Source of the DNA: Cycas panzhihuaensis | Lineage: Eukaryota > Plantae > Cycadophyta | DNA: 64,000 bases | Assembly: GCA_023213395.1 (NCBI GenBank) | Contig: CM041465.1 | Location: 245,527,741 to 245,591,740 of the forward strand | Direction: 5' to 3' | Shown: in pieces, positions 24,651 through 36,613 of the stretch | Layout of the letters: every line of letters begins with the position of its first letter | How positions within the stretch are numbered: the first letter of the stretch is position 1 | The notes under the pieces: generated by a model | The model's input: the letters and a program-made list of their open reading frames with translations, nothing else | Told to the model about the DNA's origin: nothing | The model's database searches: none | Position numbers and translations under genes: made by a program

Positions 24651-25436
24651 TTGTCTAGGAATTGATTGATATTATCTCAGTTGTTGCTGGTTTTCCATTT
24701 AGTTGTCTTTGTTGGTTGGTGAACTATTACTACTCATCTACCTGCTTGCATTATTTACTTTTATTAGCAACATTTGTACTTGTTTTGGTCCTCATTCGGC
24801 ACGTAGCACACACACACGTTGTTGCCCTTGGATCGTAACTAGTTCAAGTCAATAAGTTCCTATCCCACAACTGTGTACACAAGATACTTGAGCACCTTGT
24901 GGGGGACGTATGTTCGCATCCTCATTTGCCCGGTTCCTCCACGCTCTAAGGATTCGTTGCAAAGCAGTGTTTTGTGTGTCCTCTCACAACTGCGTACACG
25001 ATGTGCACAAGCATCACATGGGGTCATAAGTTTGCATCTTCCTTTGCTTGGTTCCTCCATGCCCTAGGGCCCCATCACAAAGTAGTGTTTTGTACGTGCT
25101 CTCTCTCCATGTGTCCCTGTTAGAGGCACCAAAAACCGTACTTTGCAACAAATCTAGAAGGTAAAGGAGAATGTGAACATACGATCACAGTGCGTTTGTG
25201 CGTCACGTGTACGCGGTTATGGGGTAGGAAGTTGTTGGTGTGAACTAATTAGGATCTAAGAGCAACAATGCGCATATGTGCTATGTGTTAGGTAAGAACC
25301 AAAACGAGTGCAATTGTTGCTAACGGAAGCAAATGATGCAAGCAGACAAATGAGAAGCAGTTGTGCACCAACCAACAAAGATAGTTGAATGGAAAACTAG
25401 CAAGAACTAAGATAATATCAATCAGTTCCTAGACAA
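24651..25436. mobile_element. Foldback/MITE-like element (~785 bp) with long TIRs
   Basis: Ends ttgtctaggaattgattgatattatctcag ... ctaagataatatcaatcagttcctagacaa. Imperfect pairing extends more than 200 bp inward. Non-coding, no TSD seen. Confidence 0.75.
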
Positions 25437-27043
25437 GCGTCATCGAAAGGACCAAACAACAGTCAAAAGCCCTTAAAGTGTGAAGGGGTCGATCAAGCAC
25501 GAATGTTCACAACTCCTACATGATCTACGTGCCTAACTTAAGGAATCTGTAATCCCCCAAGCTATTAATTTGTCCTAACTCACTTGACTCCTAATTGACC
25601 TAGAACAATAGACTCAATCCATGAGAATGAGGAAAGGACAACCCAGAGTGCAAGGCCTGAAGAAATTAGGACCATAGGATTGATCTGCTCATGGATAAGG
25701 TGGTGGTGACTCGTCAATATTGAGAATGATTCTCGCACGAATGTAAGAGTGGCCTGGTAGTGCCTGCATCTGATTCCAACGAGCTTCAAGCTCCCAAGTG
25801 GTGAAGAGGACGTGGACATTGTTCTCAACGGGAGAGATGAAGTTCATTTTGCTGACCATACCCCACACGTTAGCATGTGGCAGTGTCAAATGCACTTCAA
25901 TCATTCGTTCGGAACATTGATATGGAGGACTCAACGCACCTTGAAGCACAACATCAGGTCTTTCATCTGATAATAAAATCTAGGTAGAAAGACGTCAACC
26001 CTCCCTCGTTAGTACGAGAATGGATCCTAGTTGCTAAAAGAGACTAGAGAAGAAAACAACAAACACCTAAATGCAAGTAACATGCACTTTTGATTGAATG
26101 CGAACAACAGAAAGTGCTAACTAGCAAAAATGACTATAGTCTCTCATATTTGAAGACCCACAACAAGTGTGACCCTTTCCTTCATTAGGCCTCTAGAAAA
26201 GCACACACATAGAGCCAAACAAGAAATGTTGTGTGCAGTATAGAATGCAAATTGAAAAAGGATCCTTTTTATCCCCTCCTCTCCACGTGGTTTTTTTTTT
26301 CTTTTTCTTTTTTCTTTTCCTTTTAAAAACATAAATCAAGTCCTGCAAACAAGGGCATAAACATATCACGCAAACCGTGCTCAAATAAGTAATCAAGTCA
26401 AACAATCGTACCGTTTTTGTTTTATGGAAATAAACAACAATGCCAAAAAGAACATTTCTCTCTTTTTTTTTGTGTGTGTGCTCTTAAAATACCAAAAAAA
26501 AAAACCACCTTTGAGTGGGACTGATAAAAACTACCTGGAACCAAACAACAATCAAAAGCCCTTGCAGTCTGAAGGGGCCGATGGAGCACAAATGCTCACC
26601 ACCCTTATGTGATCTACGTGTCTATCCTAAGGAATTCCCCCAGGATACTGACCTGTTCTAAACCACCTGACTACTAATCGACTTAGAATGACAGGCTCAA
26701 TTTATGAGAACGAGGAAAGGACAACCCAGAGCTAGAGGCTTGAAGCAAGCAGGACCATATGATAAATTCGCTTGTGGATAAGTTGGTGGGGACTCATCAA
26801 TACTGACGATGATCCTTGCATGAATGCAATAGTGGTTTCACAGTGCTCGCATCCGATTTCAACGAGACTCAAGCTCCCAAGAGGTGAAGAAGACGAGGAC
26901 ACTACTCTTAACAGGAGAGATGAAGTTCACTCGAATGACCACACGCCTCGCGCGTTATCACGTGGCGAGGTTAGACATCCTTCAATCGCCCCTTCAGAAC
27001 ATGGATATGGAGTACTCGATGCACCTAGAGGCACAAGACTAGG
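25437..27043 (-). repeat. Tat-like LTR segment (right arm) made of ~1.05-kb subrepeat units
   Basis: Reverse complement of 13930-15016. Direct repeat of 28611-28918 plus 36614-37580. Confidence 0.85.
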
Positions 27044-28610
27044 CGGCCTGATCTTGATGAAGACTCATCAGATCTTGATGAAATTCAATGGCAAGGGTCG
27101 CACATCCGATACAAAGGCGCATCTAAGATTTGAGCTCCCTTCGTTGCTCCTAGACAGAGAACGAACGACTAGATGTGTTGGCTGGGCGCTCAACAGGTGA
27201 GGACTAAAACAAGTGTCGCACTCATACTAGGGTGACGTACGGCTACCGTACGGTCTCCGTGGGATCCGCAGGGAGAAAACAAAGCCTTCAGAGATCACTT
27301 GAAACAATATTCACATTCCAGGTGGGTGTTGGAACTGCGGCTGGGGTTTGAGAGGCTGTCCGGTTCTCAGAGTAAGTCGTGCACCAACTAAGGAGCTTTC
27401 AGAAGATGAGGGACAACTGAGTGTGGTGTAGACATTGCCTTGAAGACAGATACTCCTGCATATGAGTCAGTACTTGGACAACCAGGCTGATTTAAGAGGA
27501 AAAAGCAATGAAAACCTCAATTTCTGAAGTAGAAATCATTGAAAACAGTGATAAAATGACTCAACTCTGCTCAGAAATATTAAATAACAGTTGCAGATTA
27601 CTAATATTAGCTTGAGAGCTGATTTATCGCCAAGAACAAGCTAAATACAATCAGCACTAGAGATTTGGAGGTTTTCAGTGGGATTTGAGGGCTGAACATA
27701 CCCAGAATTTGATACACAACCTGCAATAAGTCCAGAACTTGAAATAATCTCAGTCAGTGAGATTAAAAAATATCATAGTATTCCAACACCTTGAACTATA
27801 AGAAGAATCAACTTAAAATAATTATTTTTTAGTGAAAAATCATGAGAAAACGTGAGTACACTTGCTCAAAACCCTTAAGGTGATCTGAATTTTTTTTTTT
27901 TAGATCTGAATATAGAGTGCTCCAGCCTTTAAAAAATACTCCAACAACTTAAACTGCAGAAAATGGGATTTAACAAACCTTGGATCGCCTTCGGAGGGCG
28001 AAGGTCGTCACCAAGGGTTTGTAGCCCTTCTTTGAATCTACTTGAGCAGCAACAAACGGAATAGAGGGAACTAGTCTCCTCTTGCTCTGATACCAAATGT
28101 GAAAAAGGGCCTAATGGCCTTACAATCCCAAGATCTAGAAGCTAGGTTCACTCTAGTTCTAGAAAGCAACAAATGCTAACAAGTATGATACTCTTAAGAT
28201 GAAAGCATGAAAAAGGAGAGGGGTTGGAATTGGTCCAACCTCCAAATGAATAACAGTTTGATTAGCAAACTGGCAGCATAACTGTCTGACTCCAACCCTA
28301 TATGAGAACAATGAGGAGAGGTCTCATTATATAGAGTGAAATGAGAGACCTAAGGCATTGGATGTTTGACAAGTGTCAAACATCCAAGGTACATGCGTTG
28401 CATGTAGGACATGTGTCCTTTTAGGGCTCTCAAGTGAGCAAAAGTGCATGGGGGTCCATTTGACCCTTTAGTGACAATGTTGTGTCACTAGAAAGAATAT
28501 GGGTGTGCACTTTATCAGTTAAGTGATAAGTCACCCCTAAAGTATAAAAGTATAAATATTACATGAAAAATAAAGTACATAATCTTTACATGTAAACATA
28601 AGGTTTAACA
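27044..28610 (-). mobile_element. 5'-only fragment of the young copia family (LTR, PBS, ~1 kb leader)
   Basis: LTR 28098-28610 with TG..CA ends, PBS tggtatcagagc on minus strand (28084-28095). Leader start is homologous to 29486-29660. Confidence 0.85.
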
Positions 28611-28918
28611 CAAAACCCATAGTGAAAGGCCTGAAGAAATTAAGACCATAGGATTGATCTGCTTATGGATAAGGTGGTGGTGACTTGTCAATATTGACAA
28701 TGTTTCTCGCACAAATGTAAGAGTGGCTTGGTAGTGCCTGCATCTGATTCCAACGCGCCTCAAGCTCCCAAGAGGTGAAGAGGATGAGGACATTGCTCTC
28801 AACAGAAGAGATGAAGTTCATTTTGCTGACCATACCCCACACGTTAGCATGTGGTAATGTCAAACGCTAGTTGCTAAAAGAGATTAGAGAAGAAAACAAC
28901 AAACACCTGGATGTAAGT

Positions 28919-29471
28919 TGTTAAACCTTATGTTTACATGTTAAGATATTGTACTTTAATTTTCTTGTAATATGTGTACTTTGTACTTTAGGGGTGACTT
29001 ATCACTTAAGTGATAAAGTGCACACCCACATTCTTTCTAGTGACACAACGTTGTCACTAAAGGGTCAAATGGACCCTCATGCATTTTTGCTCACATGAGA
29101 GCCCAAAAGGACACATGTCCAACATGCAAGGCATGTATCTTGGATGTTTGACACTTGTCAAACATCCAAGGCCTTAGGTCTCTCATCTCACTCTATATAA
29201 TGAGACCTCTTCTCATTGTCTCACAATAGAGTTGGAGCTGTATTATTATGTTGTCAGTTTGCTAATCAAACTGTTCATTCTTTGGAGGTTGGACCAATTC
29301 CAACTCCACATATTGGGTATCATTTTCTCTTGCTCCTTCATTTATGCTTTCTCTCTTTGCTTTCTCTTTACCTTGAGATTGTTATACTTGTTAGTATTTA
29401 TGCTCCTAGAACTAGAGTGATCCTAGTTTCTAGATCTTGGGACTGTTGAGGCCATCTAGCCTCTTTTCACA
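28919..29471 (+). repeat. 5' LTR of copia
   Basis: tgttaaacc...ttttcaca, TATA ctatataa at ~29193, followed by the PBS. Confidence 0.95.
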
Positions 29472-31861
29472 TTTGGTATCAGAGCAAGAGGAGACTAGCT
29501 CCCTCTGTTCTGGTTTGCAGCTGCTCAAGGAGATTTGAAGAAAGCATACAAACCCTTGGTGACGACCTTCGCACTCCGAAGGCGATTCAAGGTTTGTTTG
29601 AAGATTTTTTTTTGCAGGTTCAAGCTTTTGGAGCTAATTTTTTAAGGCTGGAGCTGGGTTATGTTCTAATCTTTTTTTTCTCACAAAGATCATTGGAGTA
29701 CGACAAATTCTTTGTTACAAGCGATTTTCTCTTTTGAAAATATTATTTTGGTTAATATTTTCACTCAGATTTGTAAAAAGTAGAGGAAACTCAGTCAAAT
29801 CTAGCTAGTTGGAGTCAATTTTTTTTTTTTTCAGTCATTATAATTGCAGATCTGGCTGCTTATATCTAGATACCTGCTGTTCTTTTTTTAAAGTCTCAGA
29901 AAGGGTTTGTAACTCTAGACAAATGTACGGCTGTTCCTGCTGTTCTACGAAGTTCTCTCTTCAGTTCTGGCCTTTTGTGGTTCGTCTCCAACAATTTGCA
30001 GACTTCTGGAGGTGTAGCAGACCCTGCGTGGGTCCCACAGAGCCATTCGAGTGACCGTATGTCACTCTCAGGGCCGTACAACAAACGCTGTTCCTGCACA
30101 GTCCGTGCGCCCATGTTAGAGTCCTCTCTGCTCTGTTCTCTCACTACGCTGAAAGTATTCAACTCAAAATCACCAGATGCCTTCGTTGGATCATCATAGC
30201 CACATGCCTGAAATCTCGTGATGATCGGATCAACACAGAGGCAGATCGATCGATCTGTTCCCTCACGGAGGCGCATGGAAAAATAGCGACTGAGCAAATC
30301 GCATTTTTTCCAAACTTTTTTTATTCAAAATTTTAGCTTCAATACTTTAGTTTATGAAAATAGGAATATTCCTAGGTATATTCACTTTTTCATAAAGTTA
30401 AGTTAGCCTAAGTTTATCTTAAATCTCTTATTTAAGTGATTTAATCATCAAAAATCATTTTTTAACCCAAATTCAAACGGATATTTAGTGATTTTTAATT
30501 TTCTGACTTTATTTAAGACTAAATCAAGTCTTTTTCAAGTATTTTTATACATTAAAAGTGATTTTTCTTCTCTTATTAAGTCAATTTTACAAATCAAGGC
30601 ACTTTGCATAGTGACCTTAGCTTAAATTTATTAAGAGAAAGATCACCTTTTTTTGTATTTTTGAAGCTAAAAGTCTTCTGAGTATTGAGTGATTTCATTA
30701 AATCACCAATACTAACTTGAACTCACTAATTTAGAGACAGAAATACTCTTGCCTAATTGTTTTAAAAGGCTCCCTGCGTGGTGTCCTTGGTGTTCAAGTT
30801 GCAAAAAAAATTCAAATTTAAGCCTATGTTTTTTGGCTCTTAAAAGTTTTTTTAACACTTAGTCAGTTTTGAAATAAGTGTTAAGTGACTTTAAGTGAAA
30901 TGATTCTAAGTGTTTTTCATTGAAAAAGTGATATTTATCACTAATTTTTAAACACTTTTAAGGCACCTTGCATGGTGACCTAATGCCCTTAGTCTCAAAG
31001 AGGGCTCAAATACACTTTGTACTTAATAAAAATCACTTCTCTTTTGATCGTTGGGACTAATTTAAAGTCCCAACACTTGGTGCTTGATGTCCATTTTCAT
31101 GCAAGTGGTTCTCTTACCTTCATTTTTCAAAGATTAAAAGGAACCCACTTATATCTTCATCACTAGTTTTGACTTACTTCATTCAAGATTTAAGCTTTTT
31201 CAAAAAGTACTTTGCAAAACTTATTGTAATCAAGCATTTGGTTTCTTACTTGGATCAACAAAGCACTACATTTTCATTAAAGTGCTCATTGTAAAAACAC
31301 TACTAGTGTTCATATTGGTGTACTTACATTGCTTCCTCTTGAAGCCACTTTCATTGTAAAGCTTAATCAAGGCATTCTCATAAAGTACATCTTCCAAGTA
31401 AAAGAAATCTAAGTTCACTTTAAAAGCGCTAAAAGTGACTTAAAATCATTGGAGAGGCCGAAAAAGGTTCACACCTTGCCTCTAAATTAACCTTAAGCTT
31501 GGTGCATTCCACAGGGGACCAACCGACTGCAGTCGGTGCCACAATTAAGGTTGCTTGAGGGAAAGAAGGTTCGAAAAGGGTGTTATTGGGGCTGTGAATC
31601 CCAGGGAAAGCATGGTACGTCCATGCAGATCAACCCTATTTGCCTTGTCCTAGATGTAACTTGGCCAACTGTTGGATCTCCTCTATAAGATCAGAGTTGG
31701 ACCAACTCTATAGCCTAGTCCTCCACCCCTCATCATTCCATTCAGTTGTTGGATCTTCTAGTAAGATCAGGACTGTTGGTTTCGTTAGAAGGTGGAACTT
31801 AAGCGACGAAAGCTTTGAGTTTCCAGGTTATCTGTTAGCTTCAAGCTTTTATAACTGACAC

Positions 31862-34800
31862 ATGGCTGCTATAAACATGCTAAATGCATGCACCATTCGA
31901 TTAACAGGACAAGATAATTATCAAGAATGGAAGAGACTCACTCAGAACTTGCTGATCATGAACGAATTTTGGAGTTATGTTTTACGGGAGATTACCTCGA
32001 CCAAAGACCGTTATCAATGGTAATGTTACTGTGCAACTTGATGATGCTTTACTTGCTGCTTGGGAAGCCAAAGATGAAATCGCTTTGGCATTCCTTCCCA
32101 TGATTGTTGATGTGCATGTAGATCAGAATATTGCTCGTGCTAAAACTTCTAACGAAGCTTGGGACACTTTGTCCTCATTGTAGGAAAGGCGAGATTAAGC
32201 TCGCATTTTAATGGCTAAGGCAAAATTGTATTCTGTTAAGTTTGTCAAGCCCATGTCGGCTTTTCTTTCCTCCATCAAGGAGTTATGTAATGAACTGAAT
32301 ACACTTGGTAGTCCAACTACAAGAGATGAATTGATCACATCCATCACCAAAGCTTTACCCAAGGACTACAATGGCTTCATTTCGTCTACTACAAGAGATG
32401 GTTCTCTCAAAATTATGACATTCAATGAATTTGAAAGTCTGCTACTTCAAGAAGAACAAATCTACATTAAGGATAATGAGGAGGAACCATCTACATCAGG
32501 TGCATTCACAGCCAATTCAAATGTCAAACAACAACCCAAACCTGCACTCTCAAAGCAGTTTGAGAACATGAACATTGGGTCTTCAAGGACCAATGTTGTA
32601 TGCCATTATTGTGGTAAACCTGGCCACATAACACCTGATTGTCATAAAAAGCATGCAGATCTACGCCAGCAGCAGCATCAGCCACGTCATCCCAATCGAC
32701 GATGGCGACCACGTCGTGCAGCAAAGGTTTCAACAGCAACAACATTAGCAACAGCAACCCTCTCGACCAAATCGAGGTGCCTATCGAGGAGATCAAAGAG
32801 GAAGTGGGGGTTTGAGAGGTGGCAATCAACGCCACTCTAATGAATTTGCAGATGAAGACAAACTGTTTTGTGCATATCAGACATCCAAGGTTGATGAAAC
32901 TTGGATTATTGATTCTGGAGCTTCACAACACATGACTGGAAGTGAAGAGCTCCTCACCAACATCAAGGAAGGCAAAGGTCAATCAGTGACCTTTGGGAAT
33001 AACCAATCTGTCAAAATTTTTGGAGTAGGCACAATAACTCCATTTTCTTCTTCATCAAATCCTTCCTCCTCATTTCCCGATGGCAATGCCTATTTAATAC
33101 CTTCAATGGACAAAAACTTACTATCTATTAGCAAGTTAGACAAGCAACAGATGAGTATATTATTCAGAAACGGGAAATGTATAATCAGTGACAAAGAAGA
33201 CCAAGTAGTAGCTGTTGGCTATAAGGATCAAGGCCTCTACAAATTGGATGCAAATAATATAACACTTGATTCTACTTACTTTGGTTCCACTGTCACTCCT
33301 TACTTGTCCAAGATGCAACTTTGGCATCAACGTCTAGGCCACTTAAGCTTAGACAATTTGAGGCAGATGATCAACAACAACATGGTACATGGGCTTCCTA
33401 AGATTTATGGAACAAAATGTCTTTGCGAAGTGTGCATTATGGGAACTCAACATCGCTTGCCTTTCCCTAAAGGCAAAGCGTGGCGTGCATCACATCCTCT
33501 GCAGCTAGTACATTCGGATTTGTGTGGACCTATGTCCACATCATCTTTTGGAGGAGCTTTGTACTACATCTCCTTCATTGATGACTTTTTTCACAAAGTC
33601 TGGGTCTATTTTATCAAACACAAATCAGAAGCATTTTCCAAGTTCAAAGAATTCAAGCTTGAAGTGGAAAATGAGTCTGGCCATTCAATCAAAACATTAC
33701 AGACAAACAATGGAGGTGAATTTACATCAAATGAATTCACCCAATACTGCAAGGATAACGGCATTCGGAGACAACTGACAATACCTCACACTCCTCAACA
33801 AAATGGAGTCTCCAAACGAATGAACAGAACTTTGGCCAATAAAGCCAAAGCAATGATGCATGCACAAGGACTCACTTGAGCTTACAGGGCAGAAGCATTT
33901 CACACAACTGCCTATGTGGCCAATCGCAGTCCTACTACAACAGTCACCAACATGACATCCGAGGAGGCATGGTCTGGCAAAAAGCCTACTGTCAGCCATT
34001 TGAGGACTTTTGGGTGCACTGCTTATATGCACATTCCCGATCAACAAAGGAAGAAATTAGACAAGCATAGTCTGAAATGCATCTTTGTAGGATATGCCAT
34101 TCACAGCAAAGCCTACAAGTTGTATGATCCTATAGGAAAGAAAATGCATCTCTCAAGAGATGTCATCTTTGCTGAAGAAGATCACAAGGAGGTGCAAACA
34201 ACATCCATGCAACCTCCCGTTGACAAAGGCAAGAAGATTGTTGAGGCCTTCCTTCCCTCTCAATCTTCTACACCATGTACATCATCTGCACCAGTTGGAC
34301 CGTCTACTTCAACTGAATTTGCTCCACTTGATCCAAGCACATCTTCTGTTGACCAACCACTAAGACCAGAAGATCTTAAGGTTCAAGTAACGTTGATTCA
34401 AAAGTTACCCAAATGGTACACACAAATAGTTCAGGACGGTCACATCATTGAAGGAAAGCGTCCACCTAAATACCAGCAGCAAACCAATTATGCACTTATG
34501 GCTGAAGTGCTTTGTGTTGATGAGCCTTCCACTTTTGAGGAGGCTTCTAAAAATGAAAATTAGAAGGCTGCCATGGATGAAGAAATCCATTGTATTGAAA
34601 AGAATGGAACTTGGAATTTGGTTGAATTGCCTAAACACAAACAGGCAATCAGTTGCAAATGGGTCTACAAGACCAAATTCCATTCTGATGGTTCACTTAA
34701 AAGGCAAAAGGCCTGCCTTGTGGCAAAAGGATTTAAACAAAAAGAAGGCATAGACTATGAGGAAACTTTTGCACCAATGGCGAACATGAACACCATCAGA

Positions 34801-36053
34801 CTCGTCTTGGCCTTAGTTGCTCAATGTAAATGGCCAGTTTATCAGATGGATGTGAAGAGCGCCTTTCTTAATGGCGATCTTCAGGAGGAGGTATATTTGG
34901 ATCAACCTCCCGGATACAAAGTACAATGCAAGGAGCATTTTGTGTATCACCTAAAAAAGGCGTTATATGGCTTGAAGCAAGCTCCAAGGGCATGGTACTC
35001 GAAGATCGATGATTACTTCTTGAGACATGGGTTACATCGATCTACTTCAGATCCTAATCTGTATATAAAACATGAAAAGAACCATGTAATTTTTGTTGCC
35101 TTGTATGTAGATGACTTAGTGATCACTGGTAGTGACACTAAGATGATTCACATTCTGCAAGTTGACTTGAAGAGAAGTTTCGAGATGACAGATCTTGGAT
35201 TTCTCCATTACTTTTTAGGCTTTGAGATATGGCAACAGCCAGGCTATATCTTCATCTCCCAAGCGAAATATTCTTGGGACATTTTGCAGCGGTTCAGGAT
35301 GCACGACTGCAAACCAGCGTCTACACCTATGGAGAATGGATCTAAGCTTACTCTTAATGAGGAAGCTGCACCGGCAGATCCCACACTTTACCGGCAGTTG
35401 ATTGGGAGTCTCATTTATCTCACCAACACTCGACCGGACATCTCATTTGCAGTTGGGATTTGCTCATGTTACATGTCTCAACCCAATCAGATACACTGGA
35501 ATGCAGTCAAATGCATACTTAAGTACATCAAAGGCAACTTGCAGCATGGCCTTGAGTATGCACATAATGGGAACTTCACTCTGTAAGGGTTCTCAGATTC
35601 TGATTGGGCAGGTTGCCAAGATAGTAGAAGATCAACCTCGGGATACTATTTTTCCCTTGGTTCAGCAGTTGTTTTGTGGAGTTGCAAGAAGCAACCCAAT
35701 GTTACCTTGTCCTCCACCGAAGCAGAGTACAAAGTTGCTGTCAGCGCAGCTTGTGAGGCTATCTGGCTATGACGGATTCTTGGGGAACTTGGACTTAAGC
35801 AGGGTCACCCCACCAGGATACATTGCGACAATCAAAGTGTGCTCAAGTTAGCTAAGAATCCAGTCTTTCATGCGCGGACAAAACACATCGAGGTTCACCA
35901 TCACTTCATCAGAGAGCATGTGCAGAATGGTGAGGTCAACCTCCATACAGACCTACAGAGGAGCAGACAGCAGACATCTTTACCAAGACTCTTGGTAGAG
36001 AAAAGTTTGTAAAATTTAGAGATGGTCTTGGTGTCCGACTTAACATTATGTGA
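31862..36053 (+). pseudogene. gag-pol: copia gag-pol (GAG-PR-IN-RT-RH) with several stops and frameshifts
   Basis: CHYCGKPGHITPDC, WIIDSGAS, LWHQRLGH..CEVC, LVHSDLCG, QMDVKSAFLNG, YGLKQAPRAW, LYVDD, RH ..HARTKHIEVHHH..ADIFTK. Confidence 0.95.
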
Positions 36054-36060
36054 TGAGGGG

Positions 36061-36613
36061 TGTTAAACCTTATGTTTACATGTTAAGATATTGTACTTTT
36101 ATTTTCATGTAATATGTGTACTTTGTATTTTAGGGGTGACTTATCATTTAAGTGATAAAGTGCACACCCACATTCTTTTTAGTGACACAACGTTGTCACT
36201 AAAGGGTCAAATGGACCCTCGTGTATTTTTGCTCACATGAGAGCCCAAAAGGACACATGTCCAACATGCAAGGTATGTATCTTGGATGCTTGACACTTGT
36301 CAAACATCCAAGGCCTTAGGTCTCTCATCTCACTCTATATAATGAGACCTCTTTTGATTGTCTCATAGTAGAGTTGGAGCTATATTGGTATGTCGTCAGT
36401 TTGCTAATCAAACTGTTCATTCTTTGGAGGTTGGAGCAATTCCAACTCCACATATTGGGTATCATTTTATCTTGCTCCTTCATTTATGCTTTGTCTCTTT
36501 GCTTTCTCTTTATCTTGAGATTATTATACTTGTTAGTATTTATGCTCCTAGAACTAGAGTGATCCTAGTTTCTAGATCTTGGGACTGTTGAGGCCATTTA
36601 GTCTCTTTTCACA
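36061..36613 (+). repeat. 3' LTR of copia
   Basis: Direct repeat of 28919-29471, preceded by the PPT. Confidence 0.95.

Larger units (their letters stand above)
28919..36613 (+). mobile_element. Full-length Ty1/copia LTR retrotransposon (7.7 kb)
   Basis: 553-bp LTRs 28919-29471 and 36061-36613 (TG..CA, ~24 differences by eye), tRNA-iMet PBS 29474-29485, PPT gatgagggg ending 36060, flanking direct repeat gtaagt. Confidence 0.97.

Noticed and set aside
29216-29449. Hydrophobic 60-77 aa ORFs recurring at 29232, 36374, 55903 and 62419
   Set aside because: They start at non-ATG codons in T-rich LTR R/U5 sequence. Recurrence is explained by LTR copying.
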